Origin: an uncultured delta proteobacterium
Lineage (GTDB): Bacteria > Desulfobacterota > Desulfomonilia > Desulfomonilales > Desulfomonilaceae
Length of the DNA stretch: 64,000 nt
Reading direction: 5' to 3'
Assembly: GCA_963789265.1 (NCBI GenBank)
Contig: CAWBKB010000006.1
Span: 128,001-192,000 of the forward strand
Position 1 is the first letter of the stretch. The number at the start of each line of letters is the position of its first letter. A program made the position numbers and the translations under genes. The notes under the pieces were generated by a model, which saw only the letters and a program-made list of their open reading frames with translations, was not told the DNA's origin and made no database searches. This document shows positions 30,767-40,391 of this stretch, one piece after another.

Positions 30767-31990
30767 ATGTACCGATACGCAAAAATAGCCATCTACTCCT
30801 GTCTGTTAAACTTGGCTCTAATGGCGCTGAAGTACTATTTGGGGGAAACTTCCGGCAGTCTCGCTTTGAAAGCCGACGCCCTACACTCGCTCGCCGACGT
30901 GGTCTCGTCTCTCACTATATTCCTTGGGATAGTGATTGCCGATCGCAAGACCAAAACGTTCCCGGAAGGACTGTACAAGGTTGAAAACCTAGTCGCCTTG
31001 CTGTCTTCCTTTTTCATCTTTTACGCCGCATACGAGATTGGTTTCGAGGCATGGCGGGGAGAAACCACCGGCCAAATCACAGCCGTCCCACAGGTCGTGG
31101 CAGGAATTGTTCTGATCATGGCAGCGGCTGCGGTCTTCTCGCGATACGAACTAAAGATTGGACTTGAAGTGGGCTCACCTAGCCTGGTGGCTGATGCACG
31201 GCACGTGACCACTGATCTTCTCGCGTGTTCCGTAATCGTTGTTGGCATCATCAGCACCTATCTGGGATACCCCATAGATCGTTACGTGGCCATGTTGGTG
31301 GCCGCACTTGTGGCTCGAGTAGGCGCTGAAATCCTGGTGGAAGCTGTGAAGGTGCTTTTAGAGGCAACGCTGGACTACTCGACTCTTGACGGAATTAGGA
31401 AAATCCTGGAAAGCCGCGAGGAGGTGAAGGATATCCTCAGCATTGGCGGACGCAGTTCCGGCAGGTTCAAATTCGTGGAAATATCCTTGACTACGGACTT
31501 GAAGCTCCTGCGTGATGCACATGAGTTGACTGCCCAGGTCGAGGAAGAAATCCTCGACCGATACCCCAATATTGACAAACTTCTCGTGCATTACGAACCG
31601 ATACATAAGGACGTTCGACTCATCGCGGTCCCTCTGGAGGTTCCCGGAGGCAATTCACCGGATGAGAAATCGGGATTGTCCGAACATTTCGGTGAAGCGC
31701 CATATTTTGCCATCATTGCAGACGATTCTTCGCACGCGAGGGCGCTTGTCACTGATTACTTGAAGAATCCTTTCAAAGATATGGAGCGCAAGAAGGGGAT
31801 CAAAGCTGCCGAGTTGCTGGCAGATCACGAAGTGGATCAACTTCGATCCCCGGTACATTTGAATGGCAAGGGAGCCGGCTACGCTCTGGACGCGCTACAG
31901 ATTGAGGTCGTGATCACCTCCACGCGAACCTTGGAGGAGTTGCTGGCTGAACTGACGGAGAGTGTCGGACCGGCGAGGTCTTACGGATAG
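30767..31990 (+). CDS. Cation diffusion facilitator fused to a C-terminal NifB/NifX-like domain
   Basis: SLALKADALHS and ADARH..D (CDF metal site), ZT dimer region, then HFGEAPYF..NP..KKGI. Confidence 0.88.
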   Translation: MYRYAKIAIYSCLLNLALMALKYYLGETSGSLALKADALHSLADVVSSLTIFLGIVIADRKTKTFPEGLYKVENLVALLSSFFIFYAAYEIGFEAWRGETTGQITAVPQVVAGIVLIMAAAAVFSRYELKIGLEVGSPSLVADARHVTTDLLACSVIVVGIISTYLGYPIDRYVAMLVAALVARVGAEILVEAVKVLLEATLDYSTLDGIRKILESREEVKDILSIGGRSSGRFKFVEISLTTDLKLLRDAHELTAQVEEEILDRYPNIDKLLVHYEPIHKDVRLIAVPLEVPGGNSPDEKSGLSEHFGEAPYFAIIADDSSHARALVTDYLKNPFKDMERKKGIKAAELLADHEVDQLRSPVHLNGKGAGYALDALQIEVVITSTRTLEELLAELTESVGPARSYG

Positions 31991-32117
31991 CCACATATAA
32001 AGAGATTTAAGAAACTAATCACGGAAAAGGGAATAATTTGGTGGGGACGGGCATCTGAAACTGTCTCAAAAGTGCGGACCGAGTCGAGATCGTGCCACGA
32101 AAGCCGCTAGAGTTCTG

Positions 32118-32240
32118 GTTCCCAGGCTCCGCCTGGGAACCCATATCTCGCGGGCTCTGCCCGCAAACTGCCTTTATTTCACAATCATAGTCAAGGCAGA
32201 GCCTCGCCGACAGGCATTCCCAGGCAGAGCCTGGGAACGA
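32118..32240. repeat. gttcccaggctc(c/t)gcctggga REP-like inverted pair
   Basis: gttcccaggctccgcctgggaac ... ttcccaggcagagcctgggaac. Confidence 0.75.
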
Positions 32241-32322
32241 GAAAACGCGGGGTTGCCCGTCCATTAGCGACAGCCTGTCCCACGCCTCCAATCTTACTGG
32301 TAAATCGCCTGGGACTCAGTTT

Positions 32323-32667
32323 TCAGTGATAGTCATGAGTTCCCATAACCGGCTTGATACCTGTTGCACTTTCCAAAATATTTGCCAGTTCCTCTGGTTT
32401 CACGTATGGACAACCAGGCTTGGACTTAGCCAGGCAGGTACTGAAATAGATGCCGTCGGGCTTGATTTCGGATAGCCTGGCCGCCATGCCCAAATTGGGA
32501 GCTACCGTACGCCCGGGACACTCGCACTTAACAAACGCGACCACCGAGGAGGGCTCGTCGAAAGTTCCCTCTCCCTGCGAAGCGGCTTTTAGGCAACGCC
32601 ATTCCCCAGGGCAGCCGTAGCCACTGTCCATATAAGCCCCGCAGCCTACAATTGCGACTTTTCTCAT
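32323..32667 (-). CDS. CGGC domain-containing protein
   Basis: IVGC..GCPGEWRC, FVKCECPG, STC..CP and C-terminal GTH. Confidence 0.8.
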   Translation of the reverse strand: MRKVAIVGCGAYMDSGYGCPGEWRCLKAASQGEGTFDEPSSVVAFVKCECPGRTVAPNLGMAARLSEIKPDGIYFSTCLAKSKPGCPYVKPEELANILESATGIKPVMGTHDYH

Positions 32668-33029
32668 CCTTGTCCTCCTCAGGTAGTTTGCTTGGAAGGA
32701 ATATCTGGCAACATGACCTCAGTCACCTTGTCGCTGTATTCCTTGGTGAATGGTAGTGAATGCCACGTTTCGCTGTTTTTCTCCTAACACAGGTTACCAT
32801 AATATTTGTTCCGAACGAATAGTGGTTGTGCTGAAACACCGCCGTTGCTTAAGCTATATTCTATAACGGTATAATTTCGCGTTGCCTATCGTGCGAAATG
32901 CATCCGCGGGCCCGAGTTCAAAATGGGGATCGCATGACGCCTGTCCCCCTCAGTTCGCTAATTTAGAGCCTAAGATGACGAGCGGTATAAGCGGTGACAT
33001 GTGTGGGATCGTGACTGTTGGGGCGGCCC

Positions 33030-33505
33030 GCTTGCTCATGGGAGTGTTGCCCGCAATCTTCTGCACATGCTCAGGCAATTCCGACCCATGGGCGAGGAAG
33101 TCAAACGGTCAATGGATTGGCTCATCAAGTGCCTGATCAAGGTCTGAGGGAGAGTCGCGTATCACCGTCGGAGGCAGTACGTTCATGTGGAGTCGGCGGT
33201 TCCCTTGGATCGACACTACCAGGTTGTGTTCGGCTGAATGCCACCGAGAAAATTTTGCCTGACCGGGGATGGGGCGTGGCACGCTCAGAAACGGCAAAAT
33301 ACAGGCTTTTTCAGCAACGTGACAACGGTTTAGCCCTCCCTCGCGCCTTGTGGAGAAAATACGGAGCCTTTTCGGGGAATGGGCAGGATCCCCTGACCGG
33401 TCACCGGCCCCAAAAAACCGAAACCGCAAGACCGCCGAATAATTCCGGCTTGAAACGACCAGCCTTTTCAGGATTGAACGAAATGATTAAAAATATTCAA
33501 TGAGG
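33030..33505 (+). pseudogene. IS1380-family transposase C-terminal remnant with probable right end
   Basis: Reads ARNLLHMLRQF..EVKRSMDWLIKCLIKV*GRVAYHRRRQYVHV..; in-frame stop at 33145, terminal stop at 33237. Confidence 0.6.
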
Positions 33506-33530
33506 TGATATCAAGAAAGTAGGTGCGGCT

Positions 33531-34706
33531 ATGGAGTTTCTGAGAAACGGAAGAGATGTGCCCTTATTCTTCACAATCATTGCTCTGTCCATGGCCCTAC
33601 TATTTGGTGTCTCTCTTGCGACCGGGGTGGAAGCGGATGATACATCGTTCTCGAAAGTTGTACAGTCCTGCTTTAAATCTTGGGTTCCGGACGGTTCCGG
33701 TTGGCTGAAGCCCTCTCGGATCAACGGATTGATTATGAACCATCAAGTGAAAGGTGATGAGGCCGCCGCTGTCGCAACGATTCATTTATATTTTCGGAAC
33801 CATAAGGAGATGAGTGGCCTGAGCAAGGCCGAGCTGCTCCGGGCCGACATCGCTGGAAATGCAGAAGAGCGTGTGGGAGAGTTGGCGCGGTTTCGCGTGC
33901 TCAATGGCCGATTCCGGAAGTTCAGCCAACGTCTTAAAATGGTGTCTCGCACTATATTCGCCAACAATGCGCCTCACCTGGAAGGAATTCACCAAGGGCC
34001 GCTAGGAGACTGCTGGATCGTATCCGCCATTGGCGCAGCGGTCTATTTTCACCCTTTGCTTCTGAAAGAGATGATCCTTCCCCAACCGGACGGCTCTTAT
34101 ACCGTCAAGTTCCGTGACGGAAGGAGCGTTTTGGTGAACCGTCTCACCGACAGTCAGATTGTCCTCAGTTCCACTGCCCGTGATCAGGGGCTCTGGCTAA
34201 ATGTGCTCGAACAAGCTTTCGGGCAGGTAAGGAAAGCACTCATGCCCAAGACCCGGGGCATGTCCGAACTGGATGCCATAAGCCTGGGGGGAAGTGCATG
34301 TCCTAGTGTCACACGCCTTACCGGCCATGCCTGCCGGTACTTCCGCATTCGCCGCATCCGTGCCAGAGCTTTCCCACCTGATCTCACGAGGCGCCCTGAA
34401 CTCGTGGCAAAAGTGAGAAACATCATTCGGCTAGCGGTCACGAGCAAACGCCTCATTTGTGCCGGTACCACGGTTCGCGGGAAGTTTCCGCCCGGTATAG
34501 ACCACCGCCACGTTTACGCGGTTCTTGGCTACGGCCCGGAATCCGACACCGTTACGCTGTGGAACCCACTTGGCGCCAACTTTGAACCCAAGGGGTCATC
34601 CGGCCTGAGAAACGGCTATGCAGAGGTGAACGGTATATTGCACATACCTGTACACGACTTCACGCTTGTCTTTGGAGGAATGTTCTTCGAGGCCCCACGT
34701 ATGTAA
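33531..34706 (+). CDS. Secreted calpain-like (peptidase C2) cysteine protease
   Basis: Signal peptide; QGPLGDCW (Cys), HVYAVLG (His), LWNP (Asn) and WLNVLEQA motifs. Confidence 0.82.
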   Translation: MEFLRNGRDVPLFFTIIALSMALLFGVSLATGVEADDTSFSKVVQSCFKSWVPDGSGWLKPSRINGLIMNHQVKGDEAAAVATIHLYFRNHKEMSGLSKAELLRADIAGNAEERVGELARFRVLNGRFRKFSQRLKMVSRTIFANNAPHLEGIHQGPLGDCWIVSAIGAAVYFHPLLLKEMILPQPDGSYTVKFRDGRSVLVNRLTDSQIVLSSTARDQGLWLNVLEQAFGQVRKALMPKTRGMSELDAISLGGSACPSVTRLTGHACRYFRIRRIRARAFPPDLTRRPELVAKVRNIIRLAVTSKRLICAGTTVRGKFPPGIDHRHVYAVLGYGPESDTVTLWNPLGANFEPKGSSGLRNGYAEVNGILHIPVHDFTLVFGGMFFEAPRM

Positions 34707-34857
34707 AGCGAACCTAATGGCACTGGTAGTACAAAATTAGGCTCTTCGCGTAAGAGCGTACCTTAGTTGAAAAGTGAAAAAGGACACATAAAGATCAAAC
34801 CGGAACTGAAATCGTTGGGGTTTTCGGAAAGGTCTTTTGTTTTATGAGGGTCTAATT

Positions 34858-34905
34858 GCCTTCACGCGGCAGGGGGCGGAGGTTCAAATCCTCTCCCGCC
34901 TACCA
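34858..34905 (+). repeat. tRNA-Val 3' fragment, att-like copy 1
   Basis: gccttcacgcggcagggggcggaggttcaaatcctctcccgcctacca: anticodon loop, T arm and CCA but no 5' half; 46/48 identical to copy 2. Confidence 0.85.
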
Positions 34906-34962
34906 GGATTAGTCAGGGAAGTCAGGAAGATAGGTTGACAGGCCACTTCCTGATTTTCTTTC

Positions 34963-34998
34963 GGGGCCAAGGCTCTTGGTTTTTTTTGGCCCCTTTTT
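34963..34998 (+). terminator. Possible intrinsic terminator
   Basis: ggggccaa...ttggcccc stem followed by a T run. Confidence 0.45.
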
Positions 34999-35166
34999 CA
35001 TTCACCCCCATCAGGCTTGCCCTCCGCATCGGCCTCGAATCCGAGAGTGATGCAGCCCAGAAGCCAATAGAGCGGAACAAATTGCTTGTCATTTCCAGCC
35101 AGTGAACGTATTCTCTGTTCCTGAGATGCAGACTGTAAGTATCTTGGGAAGGGTCACTGCACGTCT

Positions 35167-38100
35167 ATGCCAACTCTCGATCTCAAAACCAATCACAAGG
35201 CCGTGAAGGAATATTACGCAGGGCTCGAAGAATTTCACCGACTCGGCGTTACCCATGAAACGGCTGTCCGTGCTGCGTTCCAGAGGCTCTTGGAGCATTG
35301 TTGCAAACAAACCAAGTGGACTTTCGTTGGTGAATACAAATACCACAGAAAAGGTCAGAGGCCCCTCAGCGTTGACGGGGCGGCAGTAGACGGATTCAAA
35401 ATCCCGCAGGCTTATTGGGAGGCCAAAGATTCGCAAGATGACCTCCCGAAAGAAGTGCAAAAAAAGTTCGAGAAAGGCTATCCGAGGAACAATATTGTCT
35501 TTCAGAGCCCTGATAGGGCCATCCTTTGGCAGGATTCCCGTCAGATACTTGATGAAGATATCACCAAACCCGACACACTGGTCTATGTTGTAAGGGAATT
35601 GTTTGCCTACCAGTCCGAGAGCCAACGGGATTGGGAAGTCGCTGTTGAGGAGTTCAAGCCGCATATTCCAGACATTGCAGCTAAGGTGGTAGAACTTATC
35701 GAGATCGAGCGAAAAGACAACAAAAGCTTCGTCCAATCGTTCAACAACTTTTCCGAAGTGTGCCGCTCGTCCATTAACCCCAACTTGTCAGATGCTGCTG
35801 TGGAAGAAATGCTTGTGCAGCACCTGCTGACGGAGCGGATCTTCCGCAAGGTATTCCACAATTCCGAGTTCACGGACCGCAACATTATTGCACGAGAAAT
35901 AGAACGCGTTATTCATGCCCTGACGTCGAGGAAATTCAGCAGAGAGGAATTCCTCAGTCCGCTGGATCGCTTCTATGGGGCGTTGGAAAAGAGGGCAGAG
36001 ACGCTTGATGACTACAGCCAGCAACAGACCTTTTTAAATACAGTTTACGAAAAATTCTTTCAGGGATTTGCTGTCAAGCAGGCAGACACGCATGGAATCG
36101 TTTACACGCCCCAGCCAATTGTTGATTTCATGGTCCGGTCTGTAGAGCAGATCCTCAAGAAGGAATTCAGCAAGAGCCTCAGCGATGAAGGCGTACACAT
36201 TATTGATCCCTTTGTGGGAACAGGAAATTTCATCACACGGATCATGCGGGAGATCAAAAAGACGTCCCTGCCTCACAAGTATGCAAATGAGCTGCACTGT
36301 AACGAGGTGATGCTCCTTCCGTACTACGTGGCATCGATGAACATCGAACACGAATATTATGAACGCACAGGACAATACAAACCCTTTGAAGGTATCTGTC
36401 TTGTTGACACCTTTGAACTCTCAGAAGATCGAGACCGGAGTGGCATCCAGCCCCAATTGGGCACAATATTCACGGAGGAAAACACCGAACGGGTTGAACG
36501 ACTTAGGAAAACAAAACTCTTCGTGATAATCGGTAATCCTCCGTATAACGCTCACCAGCTAGACGAGAATGATAATAACAAGAATCGCAGATACATAATA
36601 ATGGACAGCAGGGTTCGTGACACCTTTTCCAAGGCTGGCACAGCCTCGAATAAAAGCGCTCTCTCCGACCCGTACGTCAAGGCCATTAGATGGGCGTCAG
36701 ACAAGATTCTAGATAACAGAGAGGGTGTGGTCGCCTTTGTTTCAAATAACAGCTTTGTCGGCGATTTTGCCTTCGATGGGATGCGCAAACATTTGGCGGC
36801 TGATTTCGATCTCCTGTACATTCTTGACCTTGGTGGAAACGTGCGAAAGAATCCGAAGATTTCTGGGACAACACACAACGTCTTCGGAATACAGGTTGGC
36901 GTCAGTATCAATATTCTTGTGCGATTAAAAGATCGAGCCGAAGGAGGCAAAATTTTTTATAGTCGTGTGGATGATTTCTGGAGAAAAGAAGAGAAATTCT
37001 CATTCCTAGATTCCTGCGGGGCGTGTTCGGGTGTCAAGTGGCAAGAGATATCCCCAGATGCCAAGCACACTTGGCTGACGGAAGGATTGAAAAGCGATTT
37101 CGACGGTTTGCTATCTATGGGCACACGGGAAACGAAGGCAGGGATCGGTAATGCGATATTTAGGATATTCAGTTCTGGCATAAAAACAAATCGTGACTTT
37201 TGGGTCTATAATTTCGATTACGAGCAGCTCGCCAAGCATGTTCGTCGCACCATTGAGACCTATAATGAGCATGTGTCCCGATGGAGCCGGTTTCCGGAAA
37301 AGCCTGACTTAGACAGTTTTGTTAGCCATGATGATATGAAAATCAGTTGGAGTCGTGATTTGAAAGCAGATTTGAAGCGGGGGAGACTTGCAGAGTATTC
37401 AGGGAGTAAGATCAGGCAGGCCATATATCGTCCCTTCGCAAAAATGTATTTGTTTCTCGATTCAATTATGAATCAGGACGTATTCAGGTGGCCAGCTATT
37501 CTGCCTTCCGCAGCAGCAGAGGAAGAAAATCGCATCATTTGCGTCAAAGGTACTGGCGGAGATAAGCCCTTTATGGTCTTGATGATAGACTCTCTGACAG
37601 ATGTCTCAATGGTGGGTTTTGGAACCAACGCTCAGTGTTTCCCTTTTTACATGTACGATAACGACGGTACTAATCGCAGAGAAAACATAACCGACTGGGC
37701 TGTTGAGCAGATTTCTTGCGCCCTTGGCGCCGAAGTAGACAAGTGGCAAATCTTTTACTACGTCTACGGCCTTCTTCACTCTCCCGAATACCGAGAAAAG
37801 TACCAAACCAATCTCAAAAGAGAGCTTCCACGAATACCCTTACCCAAGACCACAGAACAATTGCACGCATTCGTATCGGCGGGTGAACAGTTGGCAGATC
37901 TACACGTCAATTATGAATCTCAAAAGGAATACCCGCTTGAAAAAATAGAGAATCCTGATAAGTCTCTCGACTGGCGGGTGGATAAAATGAGGCTCACGAA
38001 GGACAAGACCGCCATAGTCTATAACGATTTTCTGACCCTTGCTGGTATCCCGTCCGAGGTCTTTGAGTACAAATTGGGCAATCGTTCAGCATTGGAATGG

Positions 38101-38259
38101 ATCATTGACAGGTATCAGGTTCACACGGACAAAAGGAGCGGAATAGTCAACGACCCTAACCGAGCCGATGATCCTCAGTACATTGTGAAGCTTATTGGGA
38201 AGATAATCACCGTGAGTCTGGAAACGGTGAAAATAGTGAAAGTCTTGCCCGATATTTAG
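35167..38259 (+). CDS. Single-chain restriction-modification enzyme (N6-MTase plus ISP-type TRD, N-terminal nuclease-like domain)
   Basis: VDG..YWEAKD (PD-(D/E)XK-like), HGIVYTP, DPFVGTG (motif I), GNPPY (motif IV), YRPF and RSALEW ISP-type C-terminus. Confidence 0.85.
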   Translation: MPTLDLKTNHKAVKEYYAGLEEFHRLGVTHETAVRAAFQRLLEHCCKQTKWTFVGEYKYHRKGQRPLSVDGAAVDGFKIPQAYWEAKDSQDDLPKEVQKKFEKGYPRNNIVFQSPDRAILWQDSRQILDEDITKPDTLVYVVRELFAYQSESQRDWEVAVEEFKPHIPDIAAKVVELIEIERKDNKSFVQSFNNFSEVCRSSINPNLSDAAVEEMLVQHLLTERIFRKVFHNSEFTDRNIIAREIERVIHALTSRKFSREEFLSPLDRFYGALEKRAETLDDYSQQQTFLNTVYEKFFQGFAVKQADTHGIVYTPQPIVDFMVRSVEQILKKEFSKSLSDEGVHIIDPFVGTGNFITRIMREIKKTSLPHKYANELHCNEVMLLPYYVASMNIEHEYYERTGQYKPFEGICLVDTFELSEDRDRSGIQPQLGTIFTEENTERVERLRKTKLFVIIGNPPYNAHQLDENDNNKNRRYIIMDSRVRDTFSKAGTASNKSALSDPYVKAIRWASDKILDNREGVVAFVSNNSFVGDFAFDGMRKHLAADFDLLYILDLGGNVRKNPKISGTTHNVFGIQVGVSINILVRLKDRAEGGKIFYSRVDDFWRKEEKFSFLDSCGACSGVKWQEISPDAKHTWLTEGLKSDFDGLLSMGTRETKAGIGNAIFRIFSSGIKTNRDFWVYNFDYEQLAKHVRRTIETYNEHVSRWSRFPEKPDLDSFVSHDDMKISWSRDLKADLKRGRLAEYSGSKIRQAIYRPFAKMYLFLDSIMNQDVFRWPAILPSAAAEEENRIICVKGTGGDKPFMVLMIDSLTDVSMVGFGTNAQCFPFYMYDNDGTNRRENITDWAVEQISCALGAEVDKWQIFYYVYGLLHSPEYREKYQTNLKRELPRIPLPKTTEQLHAFVSAGEQLADLHVNYESQKEYPLEKIENPDKSLDWRVDKMRLTKDKTAIVYNDFLTLAGIPSEVFEYKLGNRSALEWIIDRYQVHTDKRSGIVNDPNRADDPQYIVKLIGKIITVSLETVKIVKVLPDI

Positions 38260-38294
38260 GCAGCGCATGACAAGTCCGTTTCTTCAAAGAAGGC

Positions 38295-40301
38295 ATGAAA
38301 GGGCATAGCATGACTTTTACCATCGACAATTATCTCGACGTAGTGAAGCTGTATATTGAGGAATGGACTCGTAGGAGCACGTCCCAATTGCTTCTGGAAG
38401 CAGGGAAAGGATGTTTTATATGGGACTCAGCAAAAGATGGAGAAAGAGGCAGTGGATGGTTCTATACTAAGGAGATGGTATCAGATTATTTTTCTGGTGA
38501 AATGGGCGAAGGGCTCGAAAAAATGATCGATGAAGCCAATCACGAACGAGAGTTAGTAGTTGCTCTAATTTTTGGCGAAAAAATTCAAGGATTGCGTTTG
38601 GGGAAATTGGGGGCTGTTGAAGGCAACGGGGGAATTGTTTCCCCTTTGCTGGACAAGTATAGAGGTCATATTTTGGATGACAATCCTAAGCTCGACAAGT
38701 ATGAAGAGCTTGCCCCGATTTCTGCCGAAGCTATCCGCCAAGTAAATCTTGATATCGTACAATATTTGCTGCGAAACGGTGAGGACTTGGCTTTGTATAC
38801 GGGGACGCATGCAAAAGCACTTTGCCAGCGGGTTTTTGATTATCTTCAGGAGAGATTGATGCTCCAAGTAGAGCAATTCAACACAAACCTGCTGTTCCAA
38901 GCTTACAGAGAAAGGGAATTGGCTGAAGCATTCCGCACAAAGAATTTGCTCGAAATGGAAAGTGAAACGAAGTCCAATGAAGGGTTAATCGAACAAGATT
39001 ATCAGAGCACGGTGGATCTTTTCAAGCACGTGCAAGCATTGCAGATTCTGATCACCATGATTCTAAAGGTCAATCCATCGGGAACAAAGGATTTTACCGA
39101 CACGCAATGGAGCACGATCAAGGCGCTTGCCTCCCTTCTGGTCGATGCATCCGTGATTAGTGATTTTTTGCATTACAATTTGGCAGAAATATCGTTGACA
39201 GTGACCAAAGATCATATCCGAGTAAACGATTCAAGGCATGGTTTTGACGTGGAGCAGTATCTCAGAAAGGAGAGCGAGCTAAGAGTTCTTACTAAGCTCG
39301 ACCTCGATGAAAACTTGGACACTGAAGAGAACCAAAGTGTAGAGCCAGAAACAAATATCCCCGATTTACCAAAACCTTTGGAAGGCGTAAACGATGCGTT
39401 TATCGAAGTATTGGGCTTCTCGTTAGAAGATCTTCTTCAGATGCTGTATAACTTGGGTCGAATTCCTCAATCCAGCGAATACGGATTTCCTTTAGTGATT
39501 GTGGGCGAAGAGAACCTGCTGAGAAATCTCGAAGAAAACTTCTTTCGGAATCAAACTCGGGACCAAATCCGTGCAATGCTGCATTTTGTAACTCTAGGTT
39601 TCGATTCCTATGGCGAGATGACGGACATCATCCCGTCACGGTTCCTTAGGCTTAAGGACAGGCTCACGCTTTGTCCTCTAGTGCGAATCACGCCAAATCA
39701 ACTAATGTTTGGGAATCAAATGTGTCTGGCAGCGTCCAATCTTTGGCTATCTTACATCTGTCGTGGGGATATACCATTCTCGGAATCGAGTAATCCCAAG
39801 ATCCAACAAGCAATCAAGCAATTGCATAAGTTTCTGGATGATAAACACGAAGAGAGAATAGGAGCGCTTGCCCGAGGAATTCTCGGCCCCAGCAACGTAG
39901 AAGATAGGATTAAGAATTTTAGAAGACTGTCACCCAGTTTGCCTTCAAGACCAGATTGTGGAGAAATTGACGTACTTGCAGTGAATAAGGACACCAAAAC
40001 GGTTTTCGTGCTGGATGCAAAAAACCGTAGCAGAAAATTCAGACCCGCAGATATTGCGAGAGATTTGAGAGATTTCTTCGAGGACCCAAAATCTCATCTC
40101 GTTCATCTTACCAAGAAATGGGAGTTCATACGAGACAACTTGCCGGTGGTTCTGGCCTATTTCGGGATAAATGACGTGGTAGGGTGGAAAGTGAAAGAGG
40201 CATTCGTTGTACCTTTGAATTATGCCTTTCTGCATGATACGAGAAATGACGTGGACATCATACTAGCTGATGAATTGGAGGATTATTTGCTCAACCCCTA
40301 A
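38295..40301 (+). CDS. Hypothetical protein with C-terminal PD-(D/E)XK nuclease domain
   Basis: 668 aa; HEE..GEIDVLAVN..VFVLDAKN motif; visibly AT-richer than the flanks. Confidence 0.7.
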   Translation: MKGHSMTFTIDNYLDVVKLYIEEWTRRSTSQLLLEAGKGCFIWDSAKDGERGSGWFYTKEMVSDYFSGEMGEGLEKMIDEANHERELVVALIFGEKIQGLRLGKLGAVEGNGGIVSPLLDKYRGHILDDNPKLDKYEELAPISAEAIRQVNLDIVQYLLRNGEDLALYTGTHAKALCQRVFDYLQERLMLQVEQFNTNLLFQAYRERELAEAFRTKNLLEMESETKSNEGLIEQDYQSTVDLFKHVQALQILITMILKVNPSGTKDFTDTQWSTIKALASLLVDASVISDFLHYNLAEISLTVTKDHIRVNDSRHGFDVEQYLRKESELRVLTKLDLDENLDTEENQSVEPETNIPDLPKPLEGVNDAFIEVLGFSLEDLLQMLYNLGRIPQSSEYGFPLVIVGEENLLRNLEENFFRNQTRDQIRAMLHFVTLGFDSYGEMTDIIPSRFLRLKDRLTLCPLVRITPNQLMFGNQMCLAASNLWLSYICRGDIPFSESSNPKIQQAIKQLHKFLDDKHEERIGALARGILGPSNVEDRIKNFRRLSPSLPSRPDCGEIDVLAVNKDTKTVFVLDAKNRSRKFRPADIARDLRDFFEDPKSHLVHLTKKWEFIRDNLPVVLAYFGINDVVGWKVKEAFVVPLNYAFLHDTRNDVDIILADELEDYLLNP

Positions 40302-40391
40302 GAGTGGTTGAGATCTTTCGGTGGCTGACGGTCAGGATTATTCCCAATAGAAAGGAGAAGGTGAACCCATGGTTGGAATATCGAGCATGAT

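Noticed and set aside
32840..32872. ModE-like box
   Set aside because: Spacing and left half do not fit the consensus
33145..33147. In-frame TGA as possible recoding site
   Set aside because: It lies in a decayed transposase fragment, so it is best read as a nonsense mutation
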